This document shows positions 1-9,099 of a stretch of 64,000 nt of DNA, piece after piece. Below the pieces are notes generated by a model. It searched no databases. It saw nothing but the letters and a program-made list of their open reading frames with translations, and had not been told where the DNA came from. The position numbers were made by a program, and so were the translations under genes. The stretch covers positions 442 to 64,441 of the forward strand of contig QILQ01000043.1 of NCBI GenBank assembly GCA_003233455.1, given 5' to 3'. Each line of letters begins with the position of its first letter. The first letter of the stretch is position 1. The DNA comes from Candidatus Zambryskiibacteriota bacterium. GTDB taxonomy: Bacteria; Patescibacteriota; Minisyncoccia; Phycocordibacterales; WO2-35-19.

Positions 1-769
1 GATCAAATATAAAACAGAAGAAGAAATAGATATTATGCGAGAGGGGGGTAAAATCCACGCACAGATTTTGAGGGAAGTGGCTAAAAAAATTAAAGCGGGG
101 ATAAAAACAGACGCTCTTAATGATTATGCGGAGAAGCTTATAGATGAGGCTGGATGTGTAGCTTCTTTTTTAGGTTATCAACCTTATGACGCTAAAAAAC
201 CTTATCCGGCATCTCTTTGTGTTTCTATCAACGAAGAAATAGTGCATGGTATTCCGAATGATGGTGGGGGTAAAATTTTATTTGAAGGAGATATTGTGTC
301 TTTAGATCTGGGTCTTACTTATAAAGGTCTTATAACAGATGCAGCTATTACGGTTCCTGTTGGTAAAATAAATAAAGAAACTGAAGACTTGGTGCGAGCG
401 ACTAAAGAGGCGTTGGATAGGGGTATTGTTGCTATGCGACTTGGCGGACATGTTGGAGATATAGGCGATGCTATTATGCAGACAGCGATGAAATATGATT
501 TCGGTATTATTGAAGGATTATCAGGTCATGGGGTGGGATACGATGTGCATGAAGAACCATTTGTGCCAAACAGAGCCAATAGGGGCGAAGGCCCGGAATT
601 AAAAGAAGGATTGGTAATAGCTATTGAACCGATGTTTTCTCTTGGTAGCAGAGATATAAAAAAATTAAGTGATGGTTATACTTTTGTTACTCGCGATAAA
701 TCTCTCTCGGCTCATTTTGAGCATACGGTAGCGATGACCAAAAATGGTGTTGAAATTTTGACAAAATAA
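1..769 (+). CDS. map: Type I methionine aminopeptidase, 5' end truncated by window edge (frame open to position 2)
   Basis: Translation matches MetAP-I family pattern (VHGIP, metal-ligand D/H/E blocks); ORF open upstream of listed ATG. Confidence 0.85.
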   Translation, partial: IKYKTEEEIDIMREGGKIHAQILREVAKKIKAGIKTDALNDYAEKLIDEAGCVASFLGYQPYDAKKPYPASLCVSINEEIVHGIPNDGGGKILFEGDIVSLDLGLTYKGLITDAAITVPVGKINKETEDLVRATKEALDRGIVAMRLGGHVGDIGDAIMQTAMKYDFGIIEGLSGHGVGYDVHEEPFVPNRANRGEGPELKEGLVIAIEPMFSLGSRDIKKLSDGYTFVTRDKSLSAHFEHTVAMTKNGVEILTK

Positions 770-815
770 TATATTTTATTGCTTTTTAACGGGATTTTGA
801 TAATATATATGATAT

Positions 816-1019
816 ATGAAAGGTGTAGTTATGAATTTAAAAAAGAATAAGGATAGAAAAAATGAAAATATTTTGAATGATATTTTTAAGGAGATTCGTT
901 TATTGAGGAAAGAGGTATCTTTGTTTATACCAACAGAAGATATTGAAAGTTATTCTAATTCTAAAAGAATCAAAAATTCTTATAAAAAAGCTTTAAAACA
1001 ATATCCTATTTCTGTTTAA
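816..1019 (+). CDS. Small basic protein, putative antitoxin partner of downstream RelE/ParE-like toxin
   Basis: 67-aa ORF overlapping the toxin start by 1 nt (ATGA), typical TA arrangement; no recognisable motif. Confidence 0.3.
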   Translation: MKGVVMNLKKNKDRKNENILNDIFKEIRLLRKEVSLFIPTEDIESYSNSKRIKNSYKKALKQYPISV

Positions 1020-1273
1020 TGATTATAAAAACTTCTGATTTTAATAAAGCTTATAAAAATTTGCAAGCAAGCATTCGGAAATTATATCTTGTTCAGGAAA
1101 AAAGACTTGAAATTAATCTTAGAGATTCAAGATTGCACATAAAAAAATTAAAGAATTTTGATGGAGTGTTTTCATTTAGAATTACTAGAAGATACAGAGT
1201 TTTATTTTATTTTCAAAATTTAAACACTGTAATATTTTTTGATATAGATCATCGTAAAGATATTTATAAATAA
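1019..1273 (+). CDS. RelE/ParE-family type II toxin (mRNA interferase)
   Basis: C-terminal FSFRITRRYRVLFYF...IDHRKDIY matches RelE/ParE signature (YRIIY...HRKDIY). Confidence 0.6.
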   Translation: MIIKTSDFNKAYKNLQASIRKLYLVQEKRLEINLRDSRLHIKKLKNFDGVFSFRITRRYRVLFYFQNLNTVIFFDIDHRKDIYK

Positions 1274-1286
1274 TTTAAAATATAGA

Positions 1287-1892
1287 ATGAGTCATCCAAA
1301 AAAAGAAAGAACTTTAGTAGTGATAAAACCTGATGGAGTGCAGAGAACTCTTATTGGTGAAATAATAGGCAGATTTGAAAAAATAGGTTTAAAACTTGTG
1401 GGAATAAAAATGGTTGTTCTCACTGAAGATTTTATTGAAAAACATTATACTCTTAATCCTGAGTGGAGAAGAATTACCGGAGAAAAACGCGTAAAGGCAG
1501 CGAGAGAAAAAGGAGAAAAACTTCCAACAGAAGATCCGTTTGAAATAACAGCAGTTATTCTTGAAAAATTAAAAAAATATATGACCAGTGGACCGGTTTT
1601 GGCAATGGTTTGGCAGGGAGCTCATTCGGTGGAACTTGTTAGAAAAATTACTGGCGGGACTGAACCAAGAAGTTCTGATGTGGGCACTATTCGCGGGGAT
1701 TATGTTATTGATTCTTATAAAATGGCCGATGACGATGGTAGGGCAGTTAGAAATCTAATTCACGCTTCCGGCACGGTTGATGAAGCGGAAAAAGAAATAA
1801 AACATTGGTTTAAGGAAAATGAGCTTATAAATTATCGTTTAATTGCTGAACAAATTTTGTATGATGTAAATTTGGACGGGTTGTTGGAATAG
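1287..1892 (+). CDS. ndk: Nucleoside diphosphate kinase with ~40-aa internal insertion
   Basis: VIKPDGVQR, HASGTVDEAEKEI blocks of NDK family. Confidence 0.85.
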   Translation: MSHPKKERTLVVIKPDGVQRTLIGEIIGRFEKIGLKLVGIKMVVLTEDFIEKHYTLNPEWRRITGEKRVKAAREKGEKLPTEDPFEITAVILEKLKKYMTSGPVLAMVWQGAHSVELVRKITGGTEPRSSDVGTIRGDYVIDSYKMADDDGRAVRNLIHASGTVDEAEKEIKHWFKENELINYRLIAEQILYDVNLDGLLE

Positions 1893-1907
1893 TGATATAA
1901 TACAAGT
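1851..1907. repeat. Direct repeat copy 1 (ndk 3' end + downstream promoter-like TATAAT); copy 2 at 2794-2850
   Basis: ~57 bp, ~90% identical to 2794-2850, flanking the inserted 1908-2788 two-gene cassette. Confidence 0.7.
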
Positions 1908-2132
1908 ATGATATTTAGACAATCTTTGTTTTGGGATACGGATATTAAAAAAATAGATACTCAAAAGAATGCTCAATATATAATTGAGAGAATTTTTGAG
2001 TTTGGTCGAGATGATGAAGTTAGATGGCTTTGGAGTTTTTATAGTAAATCACTTTTAAAAGAGGTTGTTATTAAATCGAGATCTTTACGGTCTAGAACGA
2101 AAACATTATGGAATTTAATACTCCAAAATTAA
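1908..2132 (+). CDS. Small conserved protein (LFWDTD...IIERIFEFG family) that I recall being commonly paired with AbiEii-like nucleotidyltransferases; putative cognate antitoxin
   Basis: Sequence family recognisable from memory; 25-nt overlap with downstream NTase gene. Confidence 0.4.
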   Translation: MIFRQSLFWDTDIKKIDTQKNAQYIIERIFEFGRDDEVRWLWSFYSKSLLKEVVIKSRSLRSRTKTLWNLILQN

Positions 2133-2788
2133 ATGATGTAAATTTTTCTTGTTTATCTCATTCCACCAAAAAAGCTCTGGATTATTTATCAACTCAAAAT
2201 TGGTTGGATAATTCAAATTGGTATCTTGCCGGAGGTACTGCCCTAGCTTTACAGGTAGGAAATCGTAAATCTGTTGACTTGGATTTTTTTACTACCGACC
2301 AAAATTTTACATCAGAAAAAATATTAATAAATTTTTTAAATAATAAGAATTGGAAGACTGATTTTGACGAGCCAAATACTATTTATGGCGAGTTGTTTGA
2401 GTCTAAGATTAGTTTTATAGCATATCCATTCTTTATACCAAAACAAGAATTCATCAGATATGGTTTTGTAAAGATACTGAATAAAACAGATGTTGCTGTA
2501 ATGAAGGTGATAGCTATTTCTCAAAGAGGAAAAAAAAGAGATTTTTTTGATTTATATTGGTGCGTCAAAAATATTGAGTCACTAGAAAATATAATAAAGC
2601 GACTTCCTATACAATATCCATCAGTTGCTCATGATTATCATCATTTATTTAAAGCTTTGGTTTATTTTGATGATGCTGAGAATGATCCAGATCCAGTTAT
2701 CTTTTTTGATACCAACTGGAATAAGGTGAAAAGTTTTTTTCAGAAAGAAATTCCAATACTTACAAAAAAATTGATAAAATTAAACTAA
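2108..2788 (+). CDS. Nucleotidyltransferase AbiEii/AbiGii-family toxin (type IV TA)
   Basis: N-terminal LAGGTALALQVGNRKSVDLDFFT matches DUF1814/AbiEii hallmark GGTALALxLGHRxSxDLDxF. Confidence 0.65.
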   Translation: MEFNTPKLNDVNFSCLSHSTKKALDYLSTQNWLDNSNWYLAGGTALALQVGNRKSVDLDFFTTDQNFTSEKILINFLNNKNWKTDFDEPNTIYGELFESKISFIAYPFFIPKQEFIRYGFVKILNKTDVAVMKVIAISQRGKKRDFFDLYWCVKNIESLENIIKRLPIQYPSVAHDYHHLFKALVYFDDAENDPDPVIFFDTNWNKVKSFFQKEIPILTKKLIKLN

Positions 2789-2793
2789 TAAAA

Positions 2794-2850
2794 CAAATTT
2801 TATATGATGTAAATTTGGACGGGTTGTTGGAATAGGAGTATAATAGTAGT
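2794..2850. repeat. Direct repeat copy 2 of ndk 3' end/promoter segment
   Basis: See copy 1 at 1851-1907. Confidence 0.7.
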
Positions 2851-2854
2851 GGGA

Positions 2855-3045
2855 TTGTTTGGATATTTTCTAAGTTGCACATATTCAGGGAGGTCAATAT
2901 CTCTATAATATGATGAGCGCTCAGGTGTTCTGATTTTTATAGTTGAGACCACCCACCTAATATTTTTCAATTAGGGAATTATTTCAAGCAATCCCAACAA
3001 AACTCATCAATAGGTGAGTTTTGTTGGGGTATGTGGCTTTAGTAA
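2855..3045 (+). ncRNA. Candidate structured RNA/strong hairpin region (long-range GGGATTG/CAATCCC pairing plus 15-bp perfect stem CCAACAAAACTCA/TGAGTTTTGTTGG)
   Basis: Non-coding 250-bp gap with nested complementary segments; identity unknown. Confidence 0.2.
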
Positions 3046-3101
3046 AGAGGGAGTGTTAAAATAATTTTATAAGAAACTATAAAATTATCACAAATAAATA
3101 T

Positions 3102-3503
3102 ATGTTTAAAAAACCGCTCTTTTTAGAGATGTTTATTTTGTTGACCATAGTGGGAATACTTAATTATATTGCTACCATTTATCATCTTTATTGGTCTATT
3201 TATGAATTTGATAGTGTGGTTCATTTTTTTGGTGGCGCCACTTTATCAGCATTTTTCTTGTGGATTTATTTTTTTTCCGGTTTTTTTAATCCCCAAAATA
3301 GAAGTCTTAAACAATTTTTAATAATATCTATTATCGGAGCAATATTTATAGGTGTTTCTTGGGAAATTTTTGAGCTTTTTCTCGGGGAAGCGGTATTGCA
3401 AAAAGCTGACTATCCGTATGACACTATGATGGATTTAATAATGGATTTTTTAGGTGCTTTGGCTATATGTTTTTACGCTTTTATTAGAGAAATTAAAAAT
3501 TAA
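3102..3503 (+). CDS. Hypothetical polytopic membrane protein
   Basis: 133 aa, four hydrophobic segments, no recognised motif. Confidence 0.45.
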   Translation: MFKKPLFLEMFILLTIVGILNYIATIYHLYWSIYEFDSVVHFFGGATLSAFFLWIYFFSGFFNPQNRSLKQFLIISIIGAIFIGVSWEIFELFLGEAVLQKADYPYDTMMDLIMDFLGALAICFYAFIREIKN

Positions 3504-3519
3504 AAATTAAAAATTAAAA

Positions 3520-4980
3520 ATGAAAAATATAAAAATCATATTTTACGGCGGAGTTGGCAGTACTACTGGAGCGAATATAATGCTTGAATTTAATCAAAGG
3601 AAAATTTTGGTTGATTGCGGTATTTTGCAAGGTATGAAAGAAGATAAAAATTTTGAAGATTTTAAATATAATCCGGCAAGTATCGCTTTTCTTTTAATCA
3701 CTCATGCTCATATGGATCATATAGGTAAAATACCAAAATTAGTGAGAGAGGGTTTTAAAGGTAAAATAATTTCTACTGAAGAAACTATGGAATTGGCTCG
3801 CCCATTATTGGCAGACGCTTTAAAAGTATTAAAAATAAAACATCCAAATAAAATTCTTTTTGAAGAAGCCGATATAGAAAAAACTTTCTCTCTCTGGCAA
3901 GGTCAAAAATATGGTGAAAAAATTGAGCTTTTTGAAGATTGTTTTTTAGAAATGCAAAATGCCGGACATATTTTAGGTTCAGCTATTTTAAATGTTTCTT
4001 GCAAGGAGAATAATAAAATTATAAAAATAGCTTTTACCGGAGATTTGGGAAACTCGCCATCACCGCTTTTGCCGGACACGGAATTTCCTCAAAAAGTAGA
4101 TTATCTAGTAATGGAAAGCGTTTATGGAGATAGAAATCACGAAAATAAAAAAGAAAGAAGAGAAAAATTAAAACAAGCTATTTTGGAAGGTATAAAAAAA
4201 GATGGCACTATAATAATACCGGCTTTTTCTGTGGAGAGAACTCAAGTTTTGCTTTATGAGATAAATAATATGATTGAGGACAAAGAAATTCCAGAAGTGC
4301 CGGTATTTTTAGATTCTCCTTTAGCTATAAAAGTAACAGATATTTATAAAAAACACACTAAAGATTTTAAGGAATTAGTTAAAGAAGAAATAAAAGGAGG
4401 AGATGATATTTTTGATTTTCCAAATTTTCATATTGTCAGAACTGCAGAAGAATCAAAAGAGATAGAAAAAATAAAAGGAGCAAAAATAATTTTAGCTGGC
4501 TCAGGGATGTCAGAAGGAGGCAGGGTGGTTAACCATGAAGCTCATTATTTACCGGATCCTAAAGCGACTATTATAATGGTTGGTTATCAAGCGGTTGGTT
4601 CTTTGGGTAGGGTTATCCAAGATGGTAAAAAAGAAGTTGAAATAACTTCCCCAATCCCTTCTTACATTAAGAGGGAGCAGAAAAACATGCATATTGGTAG
4701 GCAGAAAATAAAAGTTAGAGCTACTATAAAAAATATTACCGGTTACTCATCTCATAAAGATTCGGACCATCTTTTAGAATTTGTTGAGAGGATAAATACT
4801 CCACTTTTCACTTCGCGTAGCCCTCTCCTAGATGCAGGAGAGGGAAAGAAAAAACTAAAACAAGTTTTTGTTATTATGGGAGAAGCGAAATCTTCCCTTT
4901 TTCTCACTCAACGCATTCGCGATTATCTTGATATTAATGCAGTATATCCAGAAGAGGAAAAAGAGTATAAATTAGATTAA
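3520..4980 (+). CDS. MBL-fold / beta-CASP family ribonuclease (RNA-metabolising metallo-beta-lactamase)
   Basis: HAHMDHIG (HxHxDH), downstream D/H motifs, C-terminal GYSSHKD and VIMGE (beta-CASP motifs); adjacent to rny. Confidence 0.6.
   Translation: MKNIKIIFYGGVGSTTGANIMLEFNQRKILVDCGILQGMKEDKNFEDFKYNPASIAFLLITHAHMDHIGKIPKLVREGFKGKIISTEETMELARPLLADALKVLKIKHPNKILFEEADIEKTFSLWQGQKYGEKIELFEDCFLEMQNAGHILGSAILNVSCKENNKIIKIAFTGDLGNSPSPLLPDTEFPQKVDYLVMESVYGDRNHENKKERREKLKQAILEGIKKDGTIIIPAFSVERTQVLLYEINNMIEDKEIPEVPVFLDSPLAIKVTDIYKKHTKDFKELVKEEIKGGDDIFDFPNFHIVRTAEESKEIEKIKGAKIILAGSGMSEGGRVVNHEAHYLPDPKATIIMVGYQAVGSLGRVIQDGKKEVEITSPIPSYIKREQKNMHIGRQKIKVRATIKNITGYSSHKDSDHLLEFVERINTPLFTSRSPLLDAGEGKKKLKQVFVIMGEAKSSLFLTQRIRDYLDINAVYPEEEKEYKLD
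4806..4846 (+). repeat. In-frame palindromic repeat (CGCGTAGCCCTCTCCTAGATGCAGGAGAGGGAAAG) inside the MBL RNase CDS, encoding SRSPLLDAGEGKK
   Basis: Same family and flanks (cttcgcgta...ggagaggg-aaagaaaaa) as intergenic copies at 22800 and 23745. Confidence 0.5.
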
Positions 4981-5101
4981 AATGTGTTATTATAATGCTT
5001 ATGAAAAGAGAATTTACAGCTATATTATTATTTAATTTATCTGGCAAACTCAACGATACGGGATTCTCTGATTAACACCACTTTAATTTCACCAGGATAT
5101 T

Positions 5102-6562
5102 TTAGTTCATAATACGAACGACTATATTGCGAGCCATTTCTTTAGCTTCCAAATCATTTACTTCTCTGGGGGTAACAAAAATTCTAATTTCTCTGCCAGC
5201 TTGCAAAGCATAAGCTTTTTCAACTCCATTAAACGAAGTAGCGACCGCTTCAAGCTCGGCAAGTCTTTTTAAATAATTTTCAACACTGTCTCTTCTGGCT
5301 CCCGGTCTGGCACCGGAAATAGCGTCAGCTGATTGAACAATATATGACTCTAAAGTGGAATAAGGATATTCGCCATGGTGGGATTCCATAGCTCTGATTA
5401 TTTTTTCATCCGCTCCGAATTTTTGCAAAATACGTCGCCCTATTTCCACATGGGTCCCTGTGATTTCATGGTCTACCGCTTTGCCTATGTCGTGAAGCAA
5501 AGCTCCGGCTTTAGCCACAGCCACATCGGCGCCTATTTCTTCGGCTAACATACCGGCAATATGAGACATTTCTATTGAATGTTGCAACACATTTTGACCG
5601 TAAGAAGTTCTGAAGTGCAATCTGCCGAGTATACTCACAATCCTCGGGTCAAGATTAAAAACTCCGCATTCATATGTGGCCGCTTCGCCTTTTTCTTTAA
5701 TTATTTTATTTATATCTTGTTTGGCTTTTTCCACCATTTCTTCTATTTTTGCTGGTTGAATTCTGCCATCTTGAATTAAGTTTTCAAGAGCCACTCTTGC
5801 CACTTGTCGGCGGACGGAATCGTAGGAGGAAATAGTGATAAGTCCAGGGGTATCATCTACAATAACTTCCACTCCGGAAACTCTTTCAAAGGCTTTTATA
5901 TTTCTACCTTCTTTGCCTATAATTTTACCTTTTATTTCATCGGAAGGAATGGTGACAGTGGTGGAAAATATTTCAGAAGAGACTGAATTAGCCAGTCTTT
6001 GAATTGAAGAAGTTAATATTTCTTTTGCTCTCGCTTCAATTTTTTCACCGCCAGCATTTTCTAATTTTTGCATTCTAATTAAAATATCTTCCTTATGTTT
6101 TTCTTCTATTTCTTTAAGCAAAACACTTTTAGCCTCTTCTTCTGTTAAATTAGAGACTTTCTGCAATTCTTCAAATTTTTGTTTTTCTAGCGTTTCTGAT
6201 TTCTCTTTGATGGTTTTTACTTCAGAAACTTTTTTCTTGACTTGTTCAATTTCTTTATCTATATCAACCTGCCGTTTATCTAAAAATTCCTCTTTTTTTA
6301 TAAGGTGATCTTCGGTTTTTTTAATTTTTTCTTCTTTTTCTTTAAATTCCAATCTCGTTTCTTTCAAAGTTTCCTCTGCTTTTTTTTGAGCTTCTTCTGT
6401 GATTTTTTTAGCTTCTTCTCTGGCATGAAGCTCCATTTGTTTAATGCGAAGTTCCACCGAACCGCGTTGACCTAAAGCTATAATCCATCTTAAAAAATAA
6501 CCGAAAGCTACACCAACAAGAGAGGTCAGACCCGCCAGGAGCATTACTAATTTTAATGACAT
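5102..6562 (-). CDS. rny: Ribonuclease Y
   Basis: N-terminal TM, long coiled coil, KH domain (IGKEGRNIKAFE), HD domain (LLHDIGK). Confidence 0.85.
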   Translation of the reverse strand: MSLKLVMLLAGLTSLVGVAFGYFLRWIIALGQRGSVELRIKQMELHAREEAKKITEEAQKKAEETLKETRLEFKEKEEKIKKTEDHLIKKEEFLDKRQVDIDKEIEQVKKKVSEVKTIKEKSETLEKQKFEELQKVSNLTEEEAKSVLLKEIEEKHKEDILIRMQKLENAGGEKIEARAKEILTSSIQRLANSVSSEIFSTTVTIPSDEIKGKIIGKEGRNIKAFERVSGVEVIVDDTPGLITISSYDSVRRQVARVALENLIQDGRIQPAKIEEMVEKAKQDINKIIKEKGEAATYECGVFNLDPRIVSILGRLHFRTSYGQNVLQHSIEMSHIAGMLAEEIGADVAVAKAGALLHDIGKAVDHEITGTHVEIGRRILQKFGADEKIIRAMESHHGEYPYSTLESYIVQSADAISGARPGARRDSVENYLKRLAELEAVATSFNGVEKAYALQAGREIRIFVTPREVNDLEAKEMARNIVVRIMN

Positions 6563-6752
6563 ATATTTTGCTGTAATTTCGCTCTATTTTAGACGAGTTG
6601 TAACTTTTTTCTCTTTATTTTTGGCTTTTTTAGGGAAATTAAGTTCATTTTAGTTAAAAATTCGGTATTTTTTACGAAATTACTTGATTTAATACTAATG
6701 TAAGTAATATACACCAATATATGTTTTTAAGCAAATTATTTTTTAGTAAAAG

Positions 6753-7358
6753 TTAGAGGATTTTGTCAACAATCCCGTATTTTTTAGCTTCGATAGAAGA
6801 CATAAAAAAATCACGGTCTACATCATTTTCTATTTTTTTGATTGGTTGTCCAGTATTTTCAGCCAACATTTTATTAAGATTTTCTTTAGTTTTTAAAATA
6901 TGTTTGGCAGTGATGGCAATATCCGTTGCTTGTCCTTCGGCACCACCTACAGGTTGGTGAATCATCACTTCCGCATTTTGAAGAATAAATCTTTTACCTT
7001 TAGCACCGGAAGACAAAACCATTGCAGCACCAGAAGCAGCAATACCAACACAATATGTAGAAACATCCGGTTTAATGAATTTCATGGTATCCACAATAGC
7101 GAGAGTGGAAGTGACTGAGCCACCAGGGGAATTTATGTAAAGAGAAATTTCTTTTTTAGAGTCTTCATTCTGTAAAAATAAAAGTTGGGCGATAATAAGA
7201 TTTGCCATATCATCCTCAATCTGGCCACTTAAAAATATAATCCTATCTTTTAAAAGTCTGGAATAGATATCATAAGCTCTCTCACCATTGTGAGATTTTT
7301 CAATAACAGTTGGAATTAATATTGAATTTTTAGTTGTATTTTTGTTTATATTTTTCAT
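6753..7358 (-). CDS. clpP: ATP-dependent Clp protease proteolytic subunit
   Basis: [10 protein letters not shown]...[11 protein letters not shown]...MIHQP catalytic triad blocks. Confidence 0.9.
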   Translation of the reverse strand: MKNINKNTTKNSILIPTVIEKSHNGERAYDIYSRLLKDRIIFLSGQIEDDMANLIIAQLLFLQNEDSKKEISLYINSPGGSVTSTLAIVDTMKFIKPDVSTYCVGIAASGAAMVLSSGAKGKRFILQNAEVMIHQPVGGAEGQATDIAITAKHILKTKENLNKMLAENTGQPIKKIENDVDRDFFMSSIEAKKYGIVDKIL

Positions 7359-7438
7359 AATGAATAGTATAACAGGTTTTTTGGATTAAATCCATCTCAC
7401 CCCATCTAGATTTTAGTATAATTATAAATGTTCTCCGG

Positions 7439-7476
7439 TCCCTCTCCTTAGTAAGGAGAGGGGAAGGGGTGAGGTT
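7439..7476. repeat. Palindromic repeat CCCTCTCCTTAGTAAGGAGAGGGG + GGGTGAGGTT
   Basis: Member of window-wide GGGTGAGG palindromic family; between clpP and tig. Confidence 0.6.
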
Positions 7477-7477
7477 A

Positions 7478-8551
7478 TTAACTCTCCAAGAGTTTCAAAA
7501 CTGCAGAATTAAGAAGAATAGTAGCTACATAAATACGAGCGTTTACTTCAGAAGCTTCTGGATAATGCTTCATAACTTCTTTAACTTCATTTTCTAGGAT
7601 ATATTTATCTGGAGATAATTTTTCAACTTCGGCAATTTTATTAAAAATAAGTTGAATTTTTGCTTTTTTCTCTGAGCTTTCTTTAAAATCTTTTTTTAAT
7701 TCTTCCTCGGTTTTTTTAGCTTGAGCTAGATAATCATCGTATTTATGACCCGCTTTTTTTATATCATCTTTCATTTGAGCTAACGATTTTTCAGTCTCGC
7801 TCATAACTAAAATATCCGGCAAATCTATTTTTGTATTTTTAAGAAGCTCTCCCATTATACCGGCTCTTTTTTTCTCTATGTTTTTGGCTTTTTTTTCTTC
7901 TATTATGTTTTGTTTAATTTTTTCTTTAAGGTCATTTAAATTTTTAAAATTGCCGGCGGCTTTTGCCAATTCATCATCAAGTTTTGGTAAATTCTCTTCT
8001 TTTTCCAAATCCAATTCAGGGTGGTTGTGAGTATTTTGATTTTTGTTTTTTTGATGCCAATCAAAATGAGCTTTATTTTTCCTTATTTGTAGAAGCACTT
8101 CAGCTACTTCTTTATCGGTAACTTCTAAATCTTCAGCACTTATTTTTACTGAGGATATAGCTTTAGTGGCTATTTTTTTATAATCGGGTAATTCAAATAA
8201 AGGTGCAATAGCAAAAATCGCTTTAAATTCAACCGGATTTCCCAAAGCTAATTTAGTAATGGAGATTTGAGGCTGACCTATTATATCTAATTTTTCCTGT
8301 TCTACAATTTTAGAAAAATGCTCTTTTAAAAGTATATCAGTTGCTTCTTCAAGAATTTTACTTTCGCCAATTTTTTCCACTACGATATTTTCCGGTATAT
8401 GACCTTTTCTAAATCCAGAAACTTCTAAAGAGGAGGCAAACATCTCTACCGCTTTTTTACGGGCGGTCAACAAAAAATCGGCAGGCAGAAATACTTCCAA
8501 TTCCATTTCCGATTTTGGCAATTTTTTTATTTTGATTTGATATTCCACCAA
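7478..8551 (-). CDS. tig: Trigger factor (short form, no obvious PPIase domain)
   Basis: N-terminal ribosome-binding domain with GFRKGHIP motif; upstream of clpP on same strand (tig-clpP synteny). Confidence 0.7.
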   Translation of the reverse strand: MVEYQIKIKKLPKSEMELEVFLPADFLLTARKKAVEMFASSLEVSGFRKGHIPENIVVEKIGESKILEEATDILLKEHFSKIVEQEKLDIIGQPQISITKLALGNPVEFKAIFAIAPLFELPDYKKIATKAISSVKISAEDLEVTDKEVAEVLLQIRKNKAHFDWHQKNKNQNTHNHPELDLEKEENLPKLDDELAKAAGNFKNLNDLKEKIKQNIIEEKKAKNIEKKRAGIMGELLKNTKIDLPDILVMSETEKSLAQMKDDIKKAGHKYDDYLAQAKKTEEELKKDFKESSEKKAKIQLIFNKIAEVEKLSPDKYILENEVKEVMKHYPEASEVNARIYVATILLNSAVLKLLES

Positions 8552-8589
8552 GCTAGTTTAGCTTAAAACTCTTTTTGAAGCAAACCTCA

Positions 8590-8745
8590 CCCCTAATTTT
8601 TATCTTCTATAATAACTTCACCTAGCCCCTCTCCTACTTACCACCATCTCTATTATTTACCACCTCACCTCTCTCCTACCTACTATTTTACCACCTCACC
8701 CCTAGCCCCTCTCCTTAGTAAGGAGAGGGGAAGCGAGAAACTCAA
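8590..8745. repeat. Cluster of degenerate CACCTCACC / CCCCTCTCC repeats ending in a perfect palindrome CCCCTCTCCTTAGTAAGGAGAGGGG
   Basis: Four to five tandem degenerate units visible directly. Confidence 0.55.
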
Positions 8746-8765
8746 ACTTTGTAATAAATTTATAT

Positions 8766-9074
8766 TTATTGCAACTCTGCCTTTATGGCGGCAGCTCCTT
8801 GGTCAAGATTGTCCAAGTTGGTAGCGTTTAAATCTTTTTCTATTGAATTCAAATTATCAGAACTGCTTTGCTGGTTTAAAGATTTGGTAACGGTATCAGT
8901 TTGTTCTGTTGGCGCGACATACGATTTTTGAGATGATCTCGCCCTCAAGAAATACAACCCGCCGATTATAATAAGAGCTAATATAATAATAACCGCAATT
9001 AACGGTCCAACCGATTTTTTTTCCACTTGCTCCGATATTGGAGGCATTTGATTTGGATTATTAAAAGTATCCAT
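8766..9074 (-). CDS. Hypothetical small membrane-anchored protein
   Basis: One TM segment, Ser/Asn-rich tail. Confidence 0.35.
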   Translation of the reverse strand: MDTFNNPNQMPPISEQVEKKSVGPLIAVIIILALIIIGGLYFLRARSSQKSYVAPTEQTDTVTKSLNQQSSSDNLNSIEKDLNATNLDNLDQGAAAIKAELQ

Positions 9075-9099
9075 TTTAATTTAAGTTAGTTTATAAATT

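Noticed and set aside
2336-2524. Antisense ORFs inside well-supported genes (also 5579-5986, 6763-7118, 10114-10761, 11951-12397, 13352-14297, 17720-18454, 18874-19140, 46093-47445 and others)
   Set aside because: They lie entirely within confidently assigned CDSs on the other strand; AT-rich antisense frames are expected by chance.
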